Part shown: positions 12,001 to 18,634 of the stretch, piece by piece
Position numbering within the stretch: the stretch's first letter is position 1
Layout: each line of letters begins with the position of its first letter
From: Candidatus Portnoybacteria bacterium RBG_13_40_8
Lineage (GTDB): Bacteria > Patescibacteriota > Minisyncoccia > RBG-13-40-8-A
Direction of reading: 5' to 3'
Assembly (NCBI GenBank): GCA_001819435.1
Contig: MHMT01000012.1
Coordinates: 1-45,253, forward strand
Length of the DNA: 45,253 nucleotides
Translations under genes and position numbers: made by a program
Notes under the pieces: model-generated
What the model was told of the DNA's origin: nothing
The model's database searches: none
The model's input: the letters and a program-made list of their open reading frames with translations, nothing else

Positions 12001-14990
12001 GTATAGGAGATACGGTTCCTGGATACAAACTCTCTGTCGACGGCACTGCCTCAATCTCCGGAGGATTATATTTGAGCGACGCATATAATAATGTACTTCT
12101 CGGACCCGCTAATATTGGCACTACCTCCACTGGTTCTTATAATATATTGATAGGAAATTCTGTTGGCTCAAATGCGGATGATTTAGATTATTCTACTTTT
12201 ATCGGGTCATCCTGGACTGGTCAATATGCGGGAAATTCTGATCAAAGTGTTTTTATGGGATATTTTACGGGCACCTATGCTTCAGATTCTGGTGGTAGTG
12301 TTTTTATGGGAACCAGCGCAGGCGCGTATGCTGAAGATTCTGATTGGAGTATCTTTATTGGTAATAATGCAGGCCTTTTTGCTTCAATGTCGACATACAG
12401 CACAATATTGGGTGCTGGCGCAGGTGTATGGATTGGTGATGCTGATTACAATACTTATCTCGGCGGTTATGCGGGTCAATACGCTGGCGAAGGCGATAAT
12501 AATGTGTATGTGGGATACGGAGCAGGCCAAAATGCTTCCGGCAGCGCCAATGTATTTTTAGGTTATCTGGCTGGTCGCGATGAAACCGGTTCCAACCTTT
12601 TGTATATCGAAAACTCTGCTGGCACCACACCTCTAATCTACGGCGATTTCTCATCAAATTATGTTTCCATTTCCGATAATCTATATATCTCCAACAATCT
12701 CTTTGTTGACGGCACAGCTTCCATATCCATAGCTTCAATATCTCAATATGCAATTTTTGGTGATATTGCTACTCCATCATCACCAGGTCTGGGCATGGTC
12801 TTCCATGATACCGGAGATAATGAATTATTATATTATGACGGCACTGGATGGCAGAATCTGGCAAGTCCCAGCGCCAGCGGATTATCCGGCGGTTTACAAA
12901 ATTATATCGGTATCTGGAATGGCACGGACAGCATGACTTACGATACTGAATTCTACTGGGATACTACCAACAACTGGCTGGGTATCGGCGATATTACTCC
13001 TGATGCAATGTTGGACGTCAATGGCGGCGCTTCAATATCAGAGGATTTCTCGGTTGGCGATTCCTTATTCTATGTCAATGTTGGCTCTTCTTCCGTGGAT
13101 ATAGGTGCTGCCGGTTCAGATGTATATATCGGTACAGAAGGAGATACCTCCACAATCAATTTGATTATTGAAGGCACTGGTAATCTTGGTATCGGCGATA
13201 CTACTCCCGACTGGAGATTATCGGTTGACGGCACGGCTTCTGTTTCCGGCAATGCATATTTCCCGAATACGCCCAACGTTACTGATTTAAGAACCGATGG
13301 CAGCGGTATGTTATATGACGCTTCTGACATGCGCTTAAAGAAAAATATTACTGATATCGATAATGCTTTAAGTAAATTGATGTCTTTGCGCGGCGTGACC
13401 TACAATTGGAAAACCCTGGAAGAAGGCAATGACTACATTACTATGGACGGTACGATAATGCATATGGGCTTTATTGCTCAGGAAGTAGCGAGCAGTTCTG
13501 TCTCCGAATTAGCCTATAGCCATACAAGATCTGGCCAGGAAATCTGGGCAGTGAGAGAAGGTGAAATGACGGCTTTACTAGTTGAAGCAATCAAAGAAAT
13601 GAACAGTATTATTGATTTATCCGATGCCCCGATTGATTCTGCTTCTTTAACCATCAGTCAATTGGGTAATGTCGGCATCGGCGGTACTGCCTCTATCTCC
13701 GGAGATTTGTATGTTGGTGGTTTAGCCACCGAATCAGCCGCGTTTGTCTATGTTGATACCGAGGGCAAATTACACGCCGGCGATGCTTATCAGGATTTGG
13801 CCGAATTTATGCCTTTGGCTTCTCAAAGTTTTGAAGCCGGTGATGTAATCACTTCCCGACTGGCCACTGACGAGGAAAAAGCCAATGGATTGACTACTGA
13901 ACCGTTTATCGGAGTAAAATCATCTACTTCTTATGACCAGAATTTATTGGGAGTAGTTTCTTATTCCGATATTCCGGCTTTGGGAACCAAACTGAACAAT
14001 AACTACTTGCCGATTTCTTTGGCTGGTCGTGTGCCGGTTAAAGTTTCCACTCAAAATGGAGCAATTAAGGAAGGCGATTATCTTACATCTTCTACTATTC
14101 CGGGTGTAGCCATGAAAGCCACTAATGCCGGTCCTGTTATCGGCAAAGCGCTTGAACCATATGCAAATCCTGACCCAGCAGTTGTGGGCAGAATTTTAAT
14201 GTTCGTGAATTCAACCTGGTACGGTGGCAAATCATCAGAAATTGTGATTAATCCTGACGGAACGGTTGATGACAAAGTGACAGTTGAATCCGGAGATTTC
14301 TTTGGGAACCTGACTGCGAGCTTAAGACAATTGGGCGTGGATATTGCCGATGGTGTGATTAAAGCCACTAAACTGGTAGTTAATGAAGTTAAAACCAAAG
14401 TATTAAGAATCTCGGTTGAAAAAGATAAAGATGCTACTGTTGGCACAGCCATAATCCCAGCCCAGCAGATTGAATTCAGGGTAGAAAATAGTTTGGTGGA
14501 GGCCAATTCCAAGATATTTATAACCTTTACCGCTGATACAGGTGGCAGAACCTGGCACATTTCGGAAAAAGTTGCCGGAAACGGGTTTACAATTCGCTTA
14601 AGCGATGTCACGCCCGAAGAATTGAGTTTTGATTATTGGATAGTTCTTGTCGAAGGACAAGATCGCGGATCTACGCAGATTGACCCTGCTTCGCAGGATA
14701 CGCAGACAGACGCAGAGCCCTACTGTGGGGATGGGATACTTTATGCGGGTGAGGAATGTGATGACGGAAATTTGATTGATGGAGATGGATGCGATGCAAC
14801 TTGCATGACAGAAGTTGTGAGTGAAGAGCCATCTTCACCTTCTGGCGAAAATGAAGAGCAAGCGCCGGTTGAGGAAACTACGCCACCAATTGAAGAAATC
14901 ACACCGCCAGTGGAGGAAATTGTCGCACCGACAGAAGAAACAACTCCGTCATCTGAACAAGGCACATCGACAGAAGAAACAGTAATTTAA
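3..14990 (+). CDS. Giant repetitive surface/adhesin-like protein, 5'-truncated; six arrays of 17-aa G-x-x-A-G-x-Y-A repeats, VGIG(T/D)xxP repeats, Peptidase_S74-like chaperone motif, Cys-rich repeat, acidic Pro/Glu tail
   Basis: Frame is open from nt 3, so the true start is probably upstream of the window; SDMRLKKNITDI at 13323 matches the S74 'SDxRLK' motif; GRVPVKVS...GDYLTSS..PGVAMKA block; CGDG...EECDDGN...GDGCDATC at ~14724-14805 resembles the Myxococcus Cys-rich repeat. Confidence 0.85.
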   Translation, partial: EVGTGLFYVNTGSSSVQFGGTSTTSFVGPVSISEDLDVGSGQLFVDNSSGFVGIGSVSLAADAILTVRQQADSQGIKIFGYDDGDTRYGHMYMDSNNDFYIRTDTTSTHIIFSAGGSNTLMMDGDGDFQVGQSSYMARLINSQSGGTPVFSFSSDEDTGIGQMGPAVADFDADTLSLRGGGIALMQLGEYGNLPFVGIGTAATTSYTFAVDGTASISDDFYVGDNLLTLDVSEASVSSTGKWKLTTTETTGEGFYIDASSVTTGNGLLIEVDGTAMTSGKALQITRDGASMFNIGEWGDIYAAGQFSGSYLTMTSTTASYFTGPLGIGTTTPSTELSIVGTASISEDLWASGAFQFGGGELEATQSYSRLGGNDTGHGLDNAYDLLISGMLEVDGMTYFDGGTTFGSTASVTSDFSVGDSLFYVNVGTQSYQFGGTGTASFAGDIDMEGDLNVGNNDLYIDSSTGYVGIGTGASMSAKFNVAGTSTDNAYFFYNNADVGDTTNGQSLYVYRRAAEGDEYLRMYVDDSAEAIIETSMANLKFNTGGATIENWGPVNIGTNWYGSGVNYFITQYGYITAASTQKYIQWQVSDTTDTFNLTRQDDYIVGFNIGMPTSISDNLDVDGIVSISDGLYVDTFTSISDDLSVASSGYTIGDDYGPTLYIDTVNDYVGIGTTAPTTKLYIRGTDPEITLYESATGAIMSIQQGQAFGIVGPESASDLSLQTGGGSKIYIQHSGSYVGIGTYYPSVELSILGTASISQDLWASGAFQFGGGEITATASYSRLGLNNTGHGLDNAYDLLISGMLEVDGMTYFDGGTTFGSTASITGDFSVGDSLFYVNVGTQSYQFGGTGTASFVGPVNISQDLNVSEGDLFVDDSTGYVGIGTTNPLKKLSVSGNISGTQFDDYEDSSYYINPSAGDVSILVAGNVGIGTKSPDSLLDVAGQIIASSSYFTGLTQLTHASVSDDLELMGVASISASSVLFRPETNSTTFLQMASAAFVAGDDYPIFNVDTQNGRVGIGTAAPDSKLTISGSGTQNLRIISTDYNDAGVILQRGTYGTDAYSDWFIYDSGGTLKLDSYQSSSQNTRMTILTTGEVGIGDTAPGYTLSVDGTASISDNFYFGNDMLWSNRTGDLMMSSSSWIFGGDETTNSFTFEGIASLSGYLDFGALATPSTGLAAGRVFRYEDDNSLWYYNGSDWLDLTETGAGATGIPGGSGNEFQYRINGTTFGGAASLVYGGATSILSSASWDISGTNWNLDAIASISGGLYLSDAYNNVLIGPSTVGTTSTGSYNIFMGDAAGTYADEVSYGTFIGQNAGQSAINADYSFFAGWNAGQYASNSSDSFMVGRTAGQYAEDSYNSIFIGNWAGRYASQSTYSVMIGEQVGDYADDVDYSVFLGTNTGQYAGNSDNSIFIGNSAGQYASESGYSVFTGVYAGQYAENSYNSIFAGNWAGRYASQSIYSIMIGEQVGDYADDVDNVVFLGRLAGQYAADADNSIFMGQEAGQHASESQYSVFMGRDAGQYAKDSQYSVFIGDWSGQYASGSSFTFMSGQSAGADAADADNSIFMGQDSGAYAGYLDESIFMGHLAGTYASESSYSYFIGGAAGQYASISNNSVMVGYGAGQYFGTDNSADGRVTFIGDNAGNSAIDSDYSVMIGPGAGQYASESGGSVFIGSQTGDYAQNSDDSVFIGDWTGRYASLSTETVLVGPYAGDYAGDVDYGVFMGTGAGGYAINSDNSTFVGPWAGQSASESVSSVFIGIGAGQYAEDSDNSVFMGNGTGSYASLSTGTTMIGGAAGYYTGDADYNTYLGGYAGQYAGEGDNNTYIGYQAGENASGSSNVFIGFDAGSDETGSNLLYIENSAGTTPLIYGDFTNNYVSISNDLYTAGNLYTNGTASISGALTVDGTATSSFAGTIHIFKAESGIEANEYSDDFIIEANGDAGMSILTPDSSAGFINFGSPGGDVGAFLEYSYNSDNFGIGTNETGGRLIFYTDYYIEAMRIDANGDVGIGDTDPTYKLSVDGTASISDNFYFGNDMLWSNRTGDLMMSSSSWIFGGDATTNSFTFEGIASLSGYLDWGAIATPSAYAGRMFYSEENNSMWVYSGGWLEWGGGGGGGADSDWTINVNDMYSAVSGNVGIGDSVPDYKLSVDGTASISGGLYLSDAYFNTLIGPAVGTTSTNSFNIFMGDSPGQYADSVEYANFIGFYAGQYGINSDYSVFMGYWAGRYASDSYSSVFIGDAPGAYAEDSDYSVFIGTVAGLYASLSRESIFIGPEAGRYAGNADYNVYLGSEAGTYAGEGDQNVYLGYQAGRNASGSYNVFLGNQAGFNETGNDKLYIENSSGATPLIYGDFSSNYVSISTNLFTDNFYTSYASISSYAEFGQAATPSAPATGQLFHDTDNLLYYYDGTAWLNLTSTSAGGTIDGIGTENYITLWDDSDSLTNSILFQSGTSEILVSGSATFDGTASFSGDTTIGNNLFFADISEASISVAGAIEATGMILGNNIKTDTDLANLYLGTGIGSTTTSSYNIFIGDFTGAEADGASGSTFIGRQAGRYAVNTDTAVFIGGYAGQYASESNYSTFLGYQAGRYAEFSNGSTFVGQYAGYIASQSPNSNLLGNYAGADADNIDEVVFNGYMAGRFAGDSGYSTFIGSHAGEYASDSIDATFIGYAAGQYAEDSDWATFVGYNAGQYASLTLGSVMLGPGAGQYVGNADYDVYLGDSAGRYAGEGVNNVYIGYRAGEYASGSGNVFIGFDAGSDETGSNLLYIDNSNITTPLIYGDFSSNYVSISNDLYTAGNLYINGTASISDDFYVGNDSLFFDLSADTFYSSSSWGIGGTGLAFNLDATASISGDLTVTGDDVLFQPYTNGTDSFIIASSGWASGDDYGPLFNVNTTAASISMNGDLAVFKDFNVASGAIQHDYSSGITYIDSLNMGALSFDTDAGVVSWVDMPVATTAASIIESYTAQLDGNPMITVYGLTDGSGGVTSLGVGIGDTAPSYMLSVDGTASISDNFYFGNDMLWSNKTGDLMMSSSSWIFGGDATTNSFTFEGIASLSGYLDFGALATPTTGLAAGRVFHYEDDNSLWYYNGSDWLDLTETGAGATGIPGGSGNEFQYRVDATTFGGAASLVYGSATSILSSASWDISGTNWNLDAIASISGGLYLSDAYYNTLIGPADVGTTSTGSYNIFMGYRAGQYADEVGSANFIGYQAGRYAINADSSVFIGINAGMYASDSEDGVILGQQAGMYAEDSDKSVFIGSNAGQYASLSLDSVMIGEEAGRYTGNADNNTYLGSFAGLYAGEGDNNVYVGYDAGMNASGSANVFLGYLAGRDETGSNLLYIENYYDGTAWLNLTSTSAGGTIDGIGTENYITLWDDTDSLTNSIIYQSGTSEILVSGSATFDGYASISGDLTVTGDDVLFRPLVDGADTFTISSSGFVAGDDYAIFSVDTQNIAVGIGTTAPNALLHLKSIAPQIMFTDSDDGGDEFTQYLNGGILLVGYNNTDSVYNIAIGSDNLVGIRDVTPDYGLEVVASSADGYLAVSSDDDEAKNANIFLIDENGYVGIGDTDPIYKLSVDGTASISGGLYLSDAYYNTLIGPTTVGTTSTGSYDIFMGDAAGQYADSVEYANFIGVEAGQYGINSDYSIFIGGLAGKFASDSRQSIFIGGQAVGLYAENSDDSIMIGGYGAGMYASLSSYSLMIGTDAGQYAGNADYNTYLGAHSGQYAGEGDNNVYLGFQAGQNASGSSNVFIGYDVGSDETGSNLLYIENSAGTTPLIYGDFSSNYVSISSSLFTDNFYTSYASISSYAEFGQAATPSAPATGQLFHDTDNLLYYYDGSAWLNLASTSAGGTIDGTGTENYITLWDDSDSLTNSILYQSGTSEILVSGSATFDGLVSLSDEFTVASGMDIGGGDLYVDAYDGKVGIGTIGPISKLEVENANTGDNLYGLYVDQNEPDAYAIHTYADGGWGLRVQSALNTGTSYLLDIENSDGSILAVTAEGNVGIGDTVPGYKLSVDGTASISGGLYLSDAYNNVLLGPANIGTTSTGSYNILIGNSVGSNADDLDYSTFIGSSWTGQYAGNSDQSVFMGYFTGTYASDSGGSVFMGTSAGAYAEDSDWSIFIGNNAGLFASMSTYSTILGAGAGVWIGDADYNTYLGGYAGQYAGEGDNNVYVGYGAGQNASGSANVFLGYLAGRDETGSNLLYIENSAGTTPLIYGDFSSNYVSISDNLYISNNLFVDGTASISIASISQYAIFGDIATPSSPGLGMVFHDTGDNELLYYDGTGWQNLASPSASGLSGGLQNYIGIWNGTDSMTYDTEFYWDTTNNWLGIGDITPDAMLDVNGGASISEDFSVGDSLFYVNVGSSSVDIGAAGSDVYIGTEGDTSTINLIIEGTGNLGIGDTTPDWRLSVDGTASVSGNAYFPNTPNVTDLRTDGSGMLYDASDMRLKKNITDIDNALSKLMSLRGVTYNWKTLEEGNDYITMDGTIMHMGFIAQEVASSSVSELAYSHTRSGQEIWAVREGEMTALLVEAIKEMNSIIDLSDAPIDSASLTISQLGNVGIGGTASISGDLYVGGLATESAAFVYVDTEGKLHAGDAYQDLAEFMPLASQSFEAGDVITSRLATDEEKANGLTTEPFIGVKSSTSYDQNLLGVVSYSDIPALGTKLNNNYLPISLAGRVPVKVSTQNGAIKEGDYLTSSTIPGVAMKATNAGPVIGKALEPYANPDPAVVGRILMFVNSTWYGGKSSEIVINPDGTVDDKVTVESGDFFGNLTASLRQLGVDIADGVIKATKLVVNEVKTKVLRISVEKDKDATVGTAIIPAQQIEFRVENSLVEANSKIFITFTADTGGRTWHISEKVAGNGFTIRLSDVTPEELSFDYWIVLVEGQDRGSTQIDPASQDTQTDAEPYCGDGILYAGEECDDGNLIDGDGCDATCMTEVVSEEPSSPSGENEEQAPVEETTPPIEEITPPVEEIVAPTEETTPSSEQGTSTEETVI
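14664..14716 (+). repeat. ACGCAGAT-decamer element with central GC hairpin, in frame in the giant gene (copy 1)
   Basis: CGCGGAT-CTACGCAGATTGA-C-CCTGC TTC GCAGG-ATACGCAGAC-AGACGCAGA; matches copies at 19746 and 25562. Confidence 0.8.
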
Positions 14991-15142
14991 TTCTCAATTT
15001 CGAATTCTGAATTTCGAATCAATTTTAAATGACTTAAATTCGAAACCCCAAGCAGTACAGCAGAGCTGACTACGGGGCAGGCAGTTTCAAAATTCAGAAA
15101 TTCTGTAATTCAATCAAAATTCAAAATTAAAAATTCAAAATT
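14989..15142. repeat. Heptamer palindromic element E1 with a GC-rich hairpin as central cargo
   Basis: Left arm AATTCTC AATTTCG AATTCTG AATTTCG AATC AATTTTA AATGACTT AAATTCG; centre 15046-15084; right arm ends CAAAATT CAAAATT AAAAATT CAAAATT. Confidence 0.85.
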
Positions 15143-15148
15143 ATAACC

Positions 15149-15763
15149 GTGTCTAAAAAACTAATCCTCATTATTATCATAATCATTGTGCTTTCTGGCG
15201 CGATATATTTCGTTTTCTTAAATAAAAATTCCCTTCAAAGCGGGCAAGTATCCAATGGTATCAATGAATATCAACAAGTATCCGGCAACGAACAAACTTT
15301 CAAGATTACTCCAAGCGATAATAAAGAAAACAGTATTTATACCGACTCGCAATATAGATTTTCCTTTGAATATCCCAAAGATTTTACAGTAACAAAATTT
15401 CAGGAAGGGGAGGACGGTGATACAATATTGGTTCAGTATCGTGAGCAAAGCGAGCAAGTATCAACAAGTATCAATAAGTATCCGGATGGTAGTAGTTTCC
15501 AGATTTTTATTTCCCCTTTTGACGAGCCGGGACCATTGACCAAAGAAAGAATATTACAGGATTTGCCTGATTTAATCATAAAAAATCCCGAGCAAAGAGT
15601 TTTGAAAAACGGCGCCGTGGCTCTTGTCTTTTTCAGCGAAGAGCAGTCACTCGGCGAAACCAGAGAAATATGGTTTATTCATAATAATCACCTTTACCAG
15701 ATTACAACGAATAAGGAATTGGATGGATTGGTGGCAAAAATTCTTGAAACCTGGCGGTTTTAG
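15149..15763 (+). CDS. Membrane-anchored PsbP-like protein
   Basis: N-terminal hydrophobic anchor; YTDSQYRFSFEYPKDF start and 'ILETWRF' end resemble PsbP-related proteins. Confidence 0.6.
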   Translation: MSKKLILIIIIIIVLSGAIYFVFLNKNSLQSGQVSNGINEYQQVSGNEQTFKITPSDNKENSIYTDSQYRFSFEYPKDFTVTKFQEGEDGDTILVQYREQSEQVSTSINKYPDGSSFQIFISPFDEPGPLTKERILQDLPDLIIKNPEQRVLKNGAVALVFFSEEQSLGETREIWFIHNNHLYQITTNKELDGLVAKILETWRF

Positions 15764-15765
15764 TG

Positions 15766-16243
15766 AAATTCGAATTTAGAATTTTGAATTTCGAATCAAT
15801 TTAAAATGATTTAATTATTCAAACTTTATGACCATGAATAAAAATAATTACGATTTAGAAGAAAGAACCGCGAAATTCGGAGAAGATATTATTGAATTTT
15901 GTAAATCTATAAATCAAGACGCTATTACTAAACCGATTATTAGCCAATTGATTCGTTCGGGAACGAGCGTAGGAGCTAATTATATGGAAGCTAACGCCGC
16001 TGCTTCTAAAAAGGATTTCAAAAACAAAATATTTATTTGCAAGAAAGAATCTCAAGAGACCAAGCACTGGTTAAGAATGATGGCGAAATCTAATCCGGAA
16101 AAAACAGAAGAAATACGTAAGTTATGGAAAGAATGCCAGGAATTAACTCTAATTTTCGGAAAAATCGTTTCGTCATTAAGAAAGTAATTTGAAATTAGGT
16201 TATTCGAATTTGAATCAAAATTCAAAATTAAAAATTCAAAATT
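15766..16243. mobile_element. Putative gene-carrying element E2: heptamer left arm (15766-15824), 4HB gene, right arm (16188-16243)
   Basis: Arms are imperfect inverted repeats of each other and closely match the arms of E1, E3 and E4; mobility is inferred, not shown. Confidence 0.55.
15828..16187 (+). CDS. Four helix bundle protein (23S rRNA IVP / Avd-like family)
   Basis: DLEERT..F, QLIRSGTSVGANYMEA, SKKDF..K..I..KE..ET.HWL motifs. Confidence 0.9.
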   Translation: MTMNKNNYDLEERTAKFGEDIIEFCKSINQDAITKPIISQLIRSGTSVGANYMEANAAASKKDFKNKIFICKKESQETKHWLRMMAKSNPEKTEEIRKLWKECQELTLIFGKIVSSLRK

Positions 16244-16266
16244 AAGCCCAGCATTTATTAAGCCGA

Positions 16267-16389
16267 AAATTCGAATTTCGAATTTCGAATCAATTTTAAA
16301 TGAATTAATTTCAAATTAAAAATTAGTCGTGTTTCAAAATTAAAAAATTAGATAATTCAATCAAAATTCAAAATTAAAAATTAGAAATT
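16267..16389. repeat. Heptamer palindromic element E3 (empty)
   Basis: AAATTCG AATTTCG AATTTCG AATC AATTTTA AATGAATT AATTTCA, short TAAAAATTAGTCGT centre, right arm as in E1. Confidence 0.85.
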
Positions 16390-16399
16390 AAAGCCAAGT

Positions 16400-18499
16400 A
16401 TGAAAAAGTTTTTATATTTCATCATATTCACGTTTGGACTGCTAATAGCCCAGAATGCTTTTGCTAGCATAATTTTACGTCCCGTTTTTCATACTGGTCT
16501 TGTTGGCTATTGGTCTTTTCAGGAAGGCGCGGGAAATAATGTTTATGACAAAAGCGGAAAAGGAAATACCGGCACCTGGAACGGAACAGGAACCTCTCAC
16601 TGGGCAGACGGAAAAATCGGCAAAGGGGGAAGCTTTAACGGGACAGATGATTATGTTGCACTTTCTAATTCTTCGGATTATAAACCCACAAGCAGAGTAA
16701 CTATTTCAGCTTGGTTTAAAGCAGATGACTGGGATTCGAGTTTTGTAATTACAGGCATTAGTGTTGCCAACATGCATTTTTATATTGCTGAGGGCGGTGG
16801 TTATGAACATCCCACCATATATCTTACCTTTGCTGGCGCAGGCGCTCAGATGGCGCAATGGGCAAACCAAAGCTTAAATGTCGGACAGTGGTATCATATT
16901 GCCGGAGTATATGATGGTAATGATTTAATCCTTTATTTTGACGGTGTAGCCAGGAAAGTAACCAATATTGGCGTTGATACGATTAGCCAGCCAGCATCAA
17001 CTATGCTTATAGGTAGATTAGGAGCTGATTATTCCAATGGATTGATCGACGAAGTACGGATTTATAACCGCGCCTTGGATGAAAGCGAAATTTCCCGGCT
17101 TTATAAATTATCCCAGCCGAAAATATCAACTGTCGCCATGAATAATGGCTTGGTCGGCTACTGGGATTTTCAGGAAGGCGCGGGAAATAATGTTTATGAC
17201 AAAAGCGGTTATGACAATGACGGCATCTGGAACGGCACTGGTTCTCACTGGGCAGACGGCAAAATCGGCAAAGGGGGAAGTTTTAATGGGACCGATGATT
17301 ATGTTTATGTCACTGAACCTACAGGAGAATTAAACCTTGTAAATAACTTTACTTTAAGCGCCTGGATTAAGCCGGAAGATTCTTCGGGCACCAGGGCTAT
17401 TGTGGGCAGGTATTACCAATACGTCTTGTGGATTGAAAATGATAACACGCTTTCCGCCATAATTCGTAACTCGTCCGGCGATTATGAATATCCTACCAGC
17501 GGAACCGCCGTAACCGAAGGTGTATGGAGCCACGTTGCTATAACTTTCTCCGATAGCGTGGTCACTTTTTATATTAATGGAGTAAAAATCATAACAGACT
17601 CTATTGCTACTTCACAGATATTTTCAGACACGAATTATTATATGCATTTCGGAATTTATAGCAGTCTAGTCAGTCTGCGTTTTCCCGGAATCATCGATGA
17701 AATTAGGGCTTATAACCGTGTCTTAAGCGAAGGTGAGATGAGCCGGCTTTATAAATTATCCCAGCCGAAAATCAATGCTTCGCAAAACAACCAACTCACC
17801 AATGGCTTGGTCGGTCTTTGGTCATTTAATGGTTCTGATATTGATGGTAATGAGGCCTATGACCGCAGTGGTCAAGGAAATACCGGCACCATTGTGGGTG
17901 CAACAAAAACTATCGGCAAAGTGGGGCAAGCCATGGAATTCAACGGCACCAGCGATTATATCGCAATTACCGACGATTCGATTTTCGATTTAAACGCCAG
18001 CAACAGCTATTCCTGGTCATTCTGGATAAAACCGCAAAATTTAACCAATCCTAATACTATATGGTCTCAGGACCTCGGAATTGACGATGACACATATGTT
18101 CTTATCTATGCGGGCAGTTTTGATGTTGAGCGGTGGGGACCCGTAACCAATGGCATAGGAGCAGGATGGGTAAATCAAGGCAGTTCGGGCGGTGAACAAT
18201 TAATAGTTGAGACCAATAATAATGTTCTTACCTTAAATACTTGGCATCATGTTGTGATTACCTATACTTATTCGACAAACGCCCTAACCAGATTTAAGAT
18301 TTATGTTGATGGCGCTGATAAGACAACGGGGGCAGAGCAGGGAGGAACATCTATTGAAAATATTAGTCCTGCATATACTAGAATTGGTTCGAATCAACAA
18401 TACGGCGAATATTTCGACGGTATGATTGATGAAGCACGTTTCTACAACCGCGCACTGACAGCGCAAGAGGTGTTGAGATTATACAATATGGGACACTAA
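16400..18499 (+). CDS. Secreted protein with three LamG/concanavalin A-like domains
   Basis: Signal peptide ending AFA; three GLVG(Y/L)W.F ... W.H ... IDE.R.YNR.L units; the starts of domains 1 and 2 are near-identical in DNA (~16496-16655 vs ~17146-17302). Confidence 0.9.
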   Translation: MKKFLYFIIFTFGLLIAQNAFASIILRPVFHTGLVGYWSFQEGAGNNVYDKSGKGNTGTWNGTGTSHWADGKIGKGGSFNGTDDYVALSNSSDYKPTSRVTISAWFKADDWDSSFVITGISVANMHFYIAEGGGYEHPTIYLTFAGAGAQMAQWANQSLNVGQWYHIAGVYDGNDLILYFDGVARKVTNIGVDTISQPASTMLIGRLGADYSNGLIDEVRIYNRALDESEISRLYKLSQPKISTVAMNNGLVGYWDFQEGAGNNVYDKSGYDNDGIWNGTGSHWADGKIGKGGSFNGTDDYVYVTEPTGELNLVNNFTLSAWIKPEDSSGTRAIVGRYYQYVLWIENDNTLSAIIRNSSGDYEYPTSGTAVTEGVWSHVAITFSDSVVTFYINGVKIITDSIATSQIFSDTNYYMHFGIYSSLVSLRFPGIIDEIRAYNRVLSEGEMSRLYKLSQPKINASQNNQLTNGLVGLWSFNGSDIDGNEAYDRSGQGNTGTIVGATKTIGKVGQAMEFNGTSDYIAITDDSIFDLNASNSYSWSFWIKPQNLTNPNTIWSQDLGIDDDTYVLIYAGSFDVERWGPVTNGIGAGWVNQGSSGGEQLIVETNNNVLTLNTWHHVVITYTYSTNALTRFKIYVDGADKTTGAEQGGTSIENISPAYTRIGSNQQYGEYFDGMIDEARFYNRALTAQEVLRLYNMGH

Positions 18500-18629
18500 A
18501 ATTTCGAATTCTGAATTTCGAATTTCGAACCAAATTCGAATGAATTAATTTCAAATTAAAAAATAGTCGTGTTTCAAAATTAAGTAATTCTGTAATTCAT
18601 TCAAAATTAAAAATTTAAAATTCAAAATT
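18500..18629. repeat. Heptamer palindromic element E4 (empty)
   Basis: Nearly the same arms and TAAAAAATAGTCGT centre as E3. Confidence 0.85.
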
Positions 18630-18634
18630 AAACT

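Noticed and set aside
3-14990. Prophage tail fibre
   Set aside because: No capsid, terminase, portal or integrase genes in the window; the context is cellular
15828-18499. Diversity-generating retroelement (Avd-like gene next to a duplicated LamG segment)
   Set aside because: No reverse transcriptase in the window; both duplicate copies are coding and their mismatches are not adenine-specific
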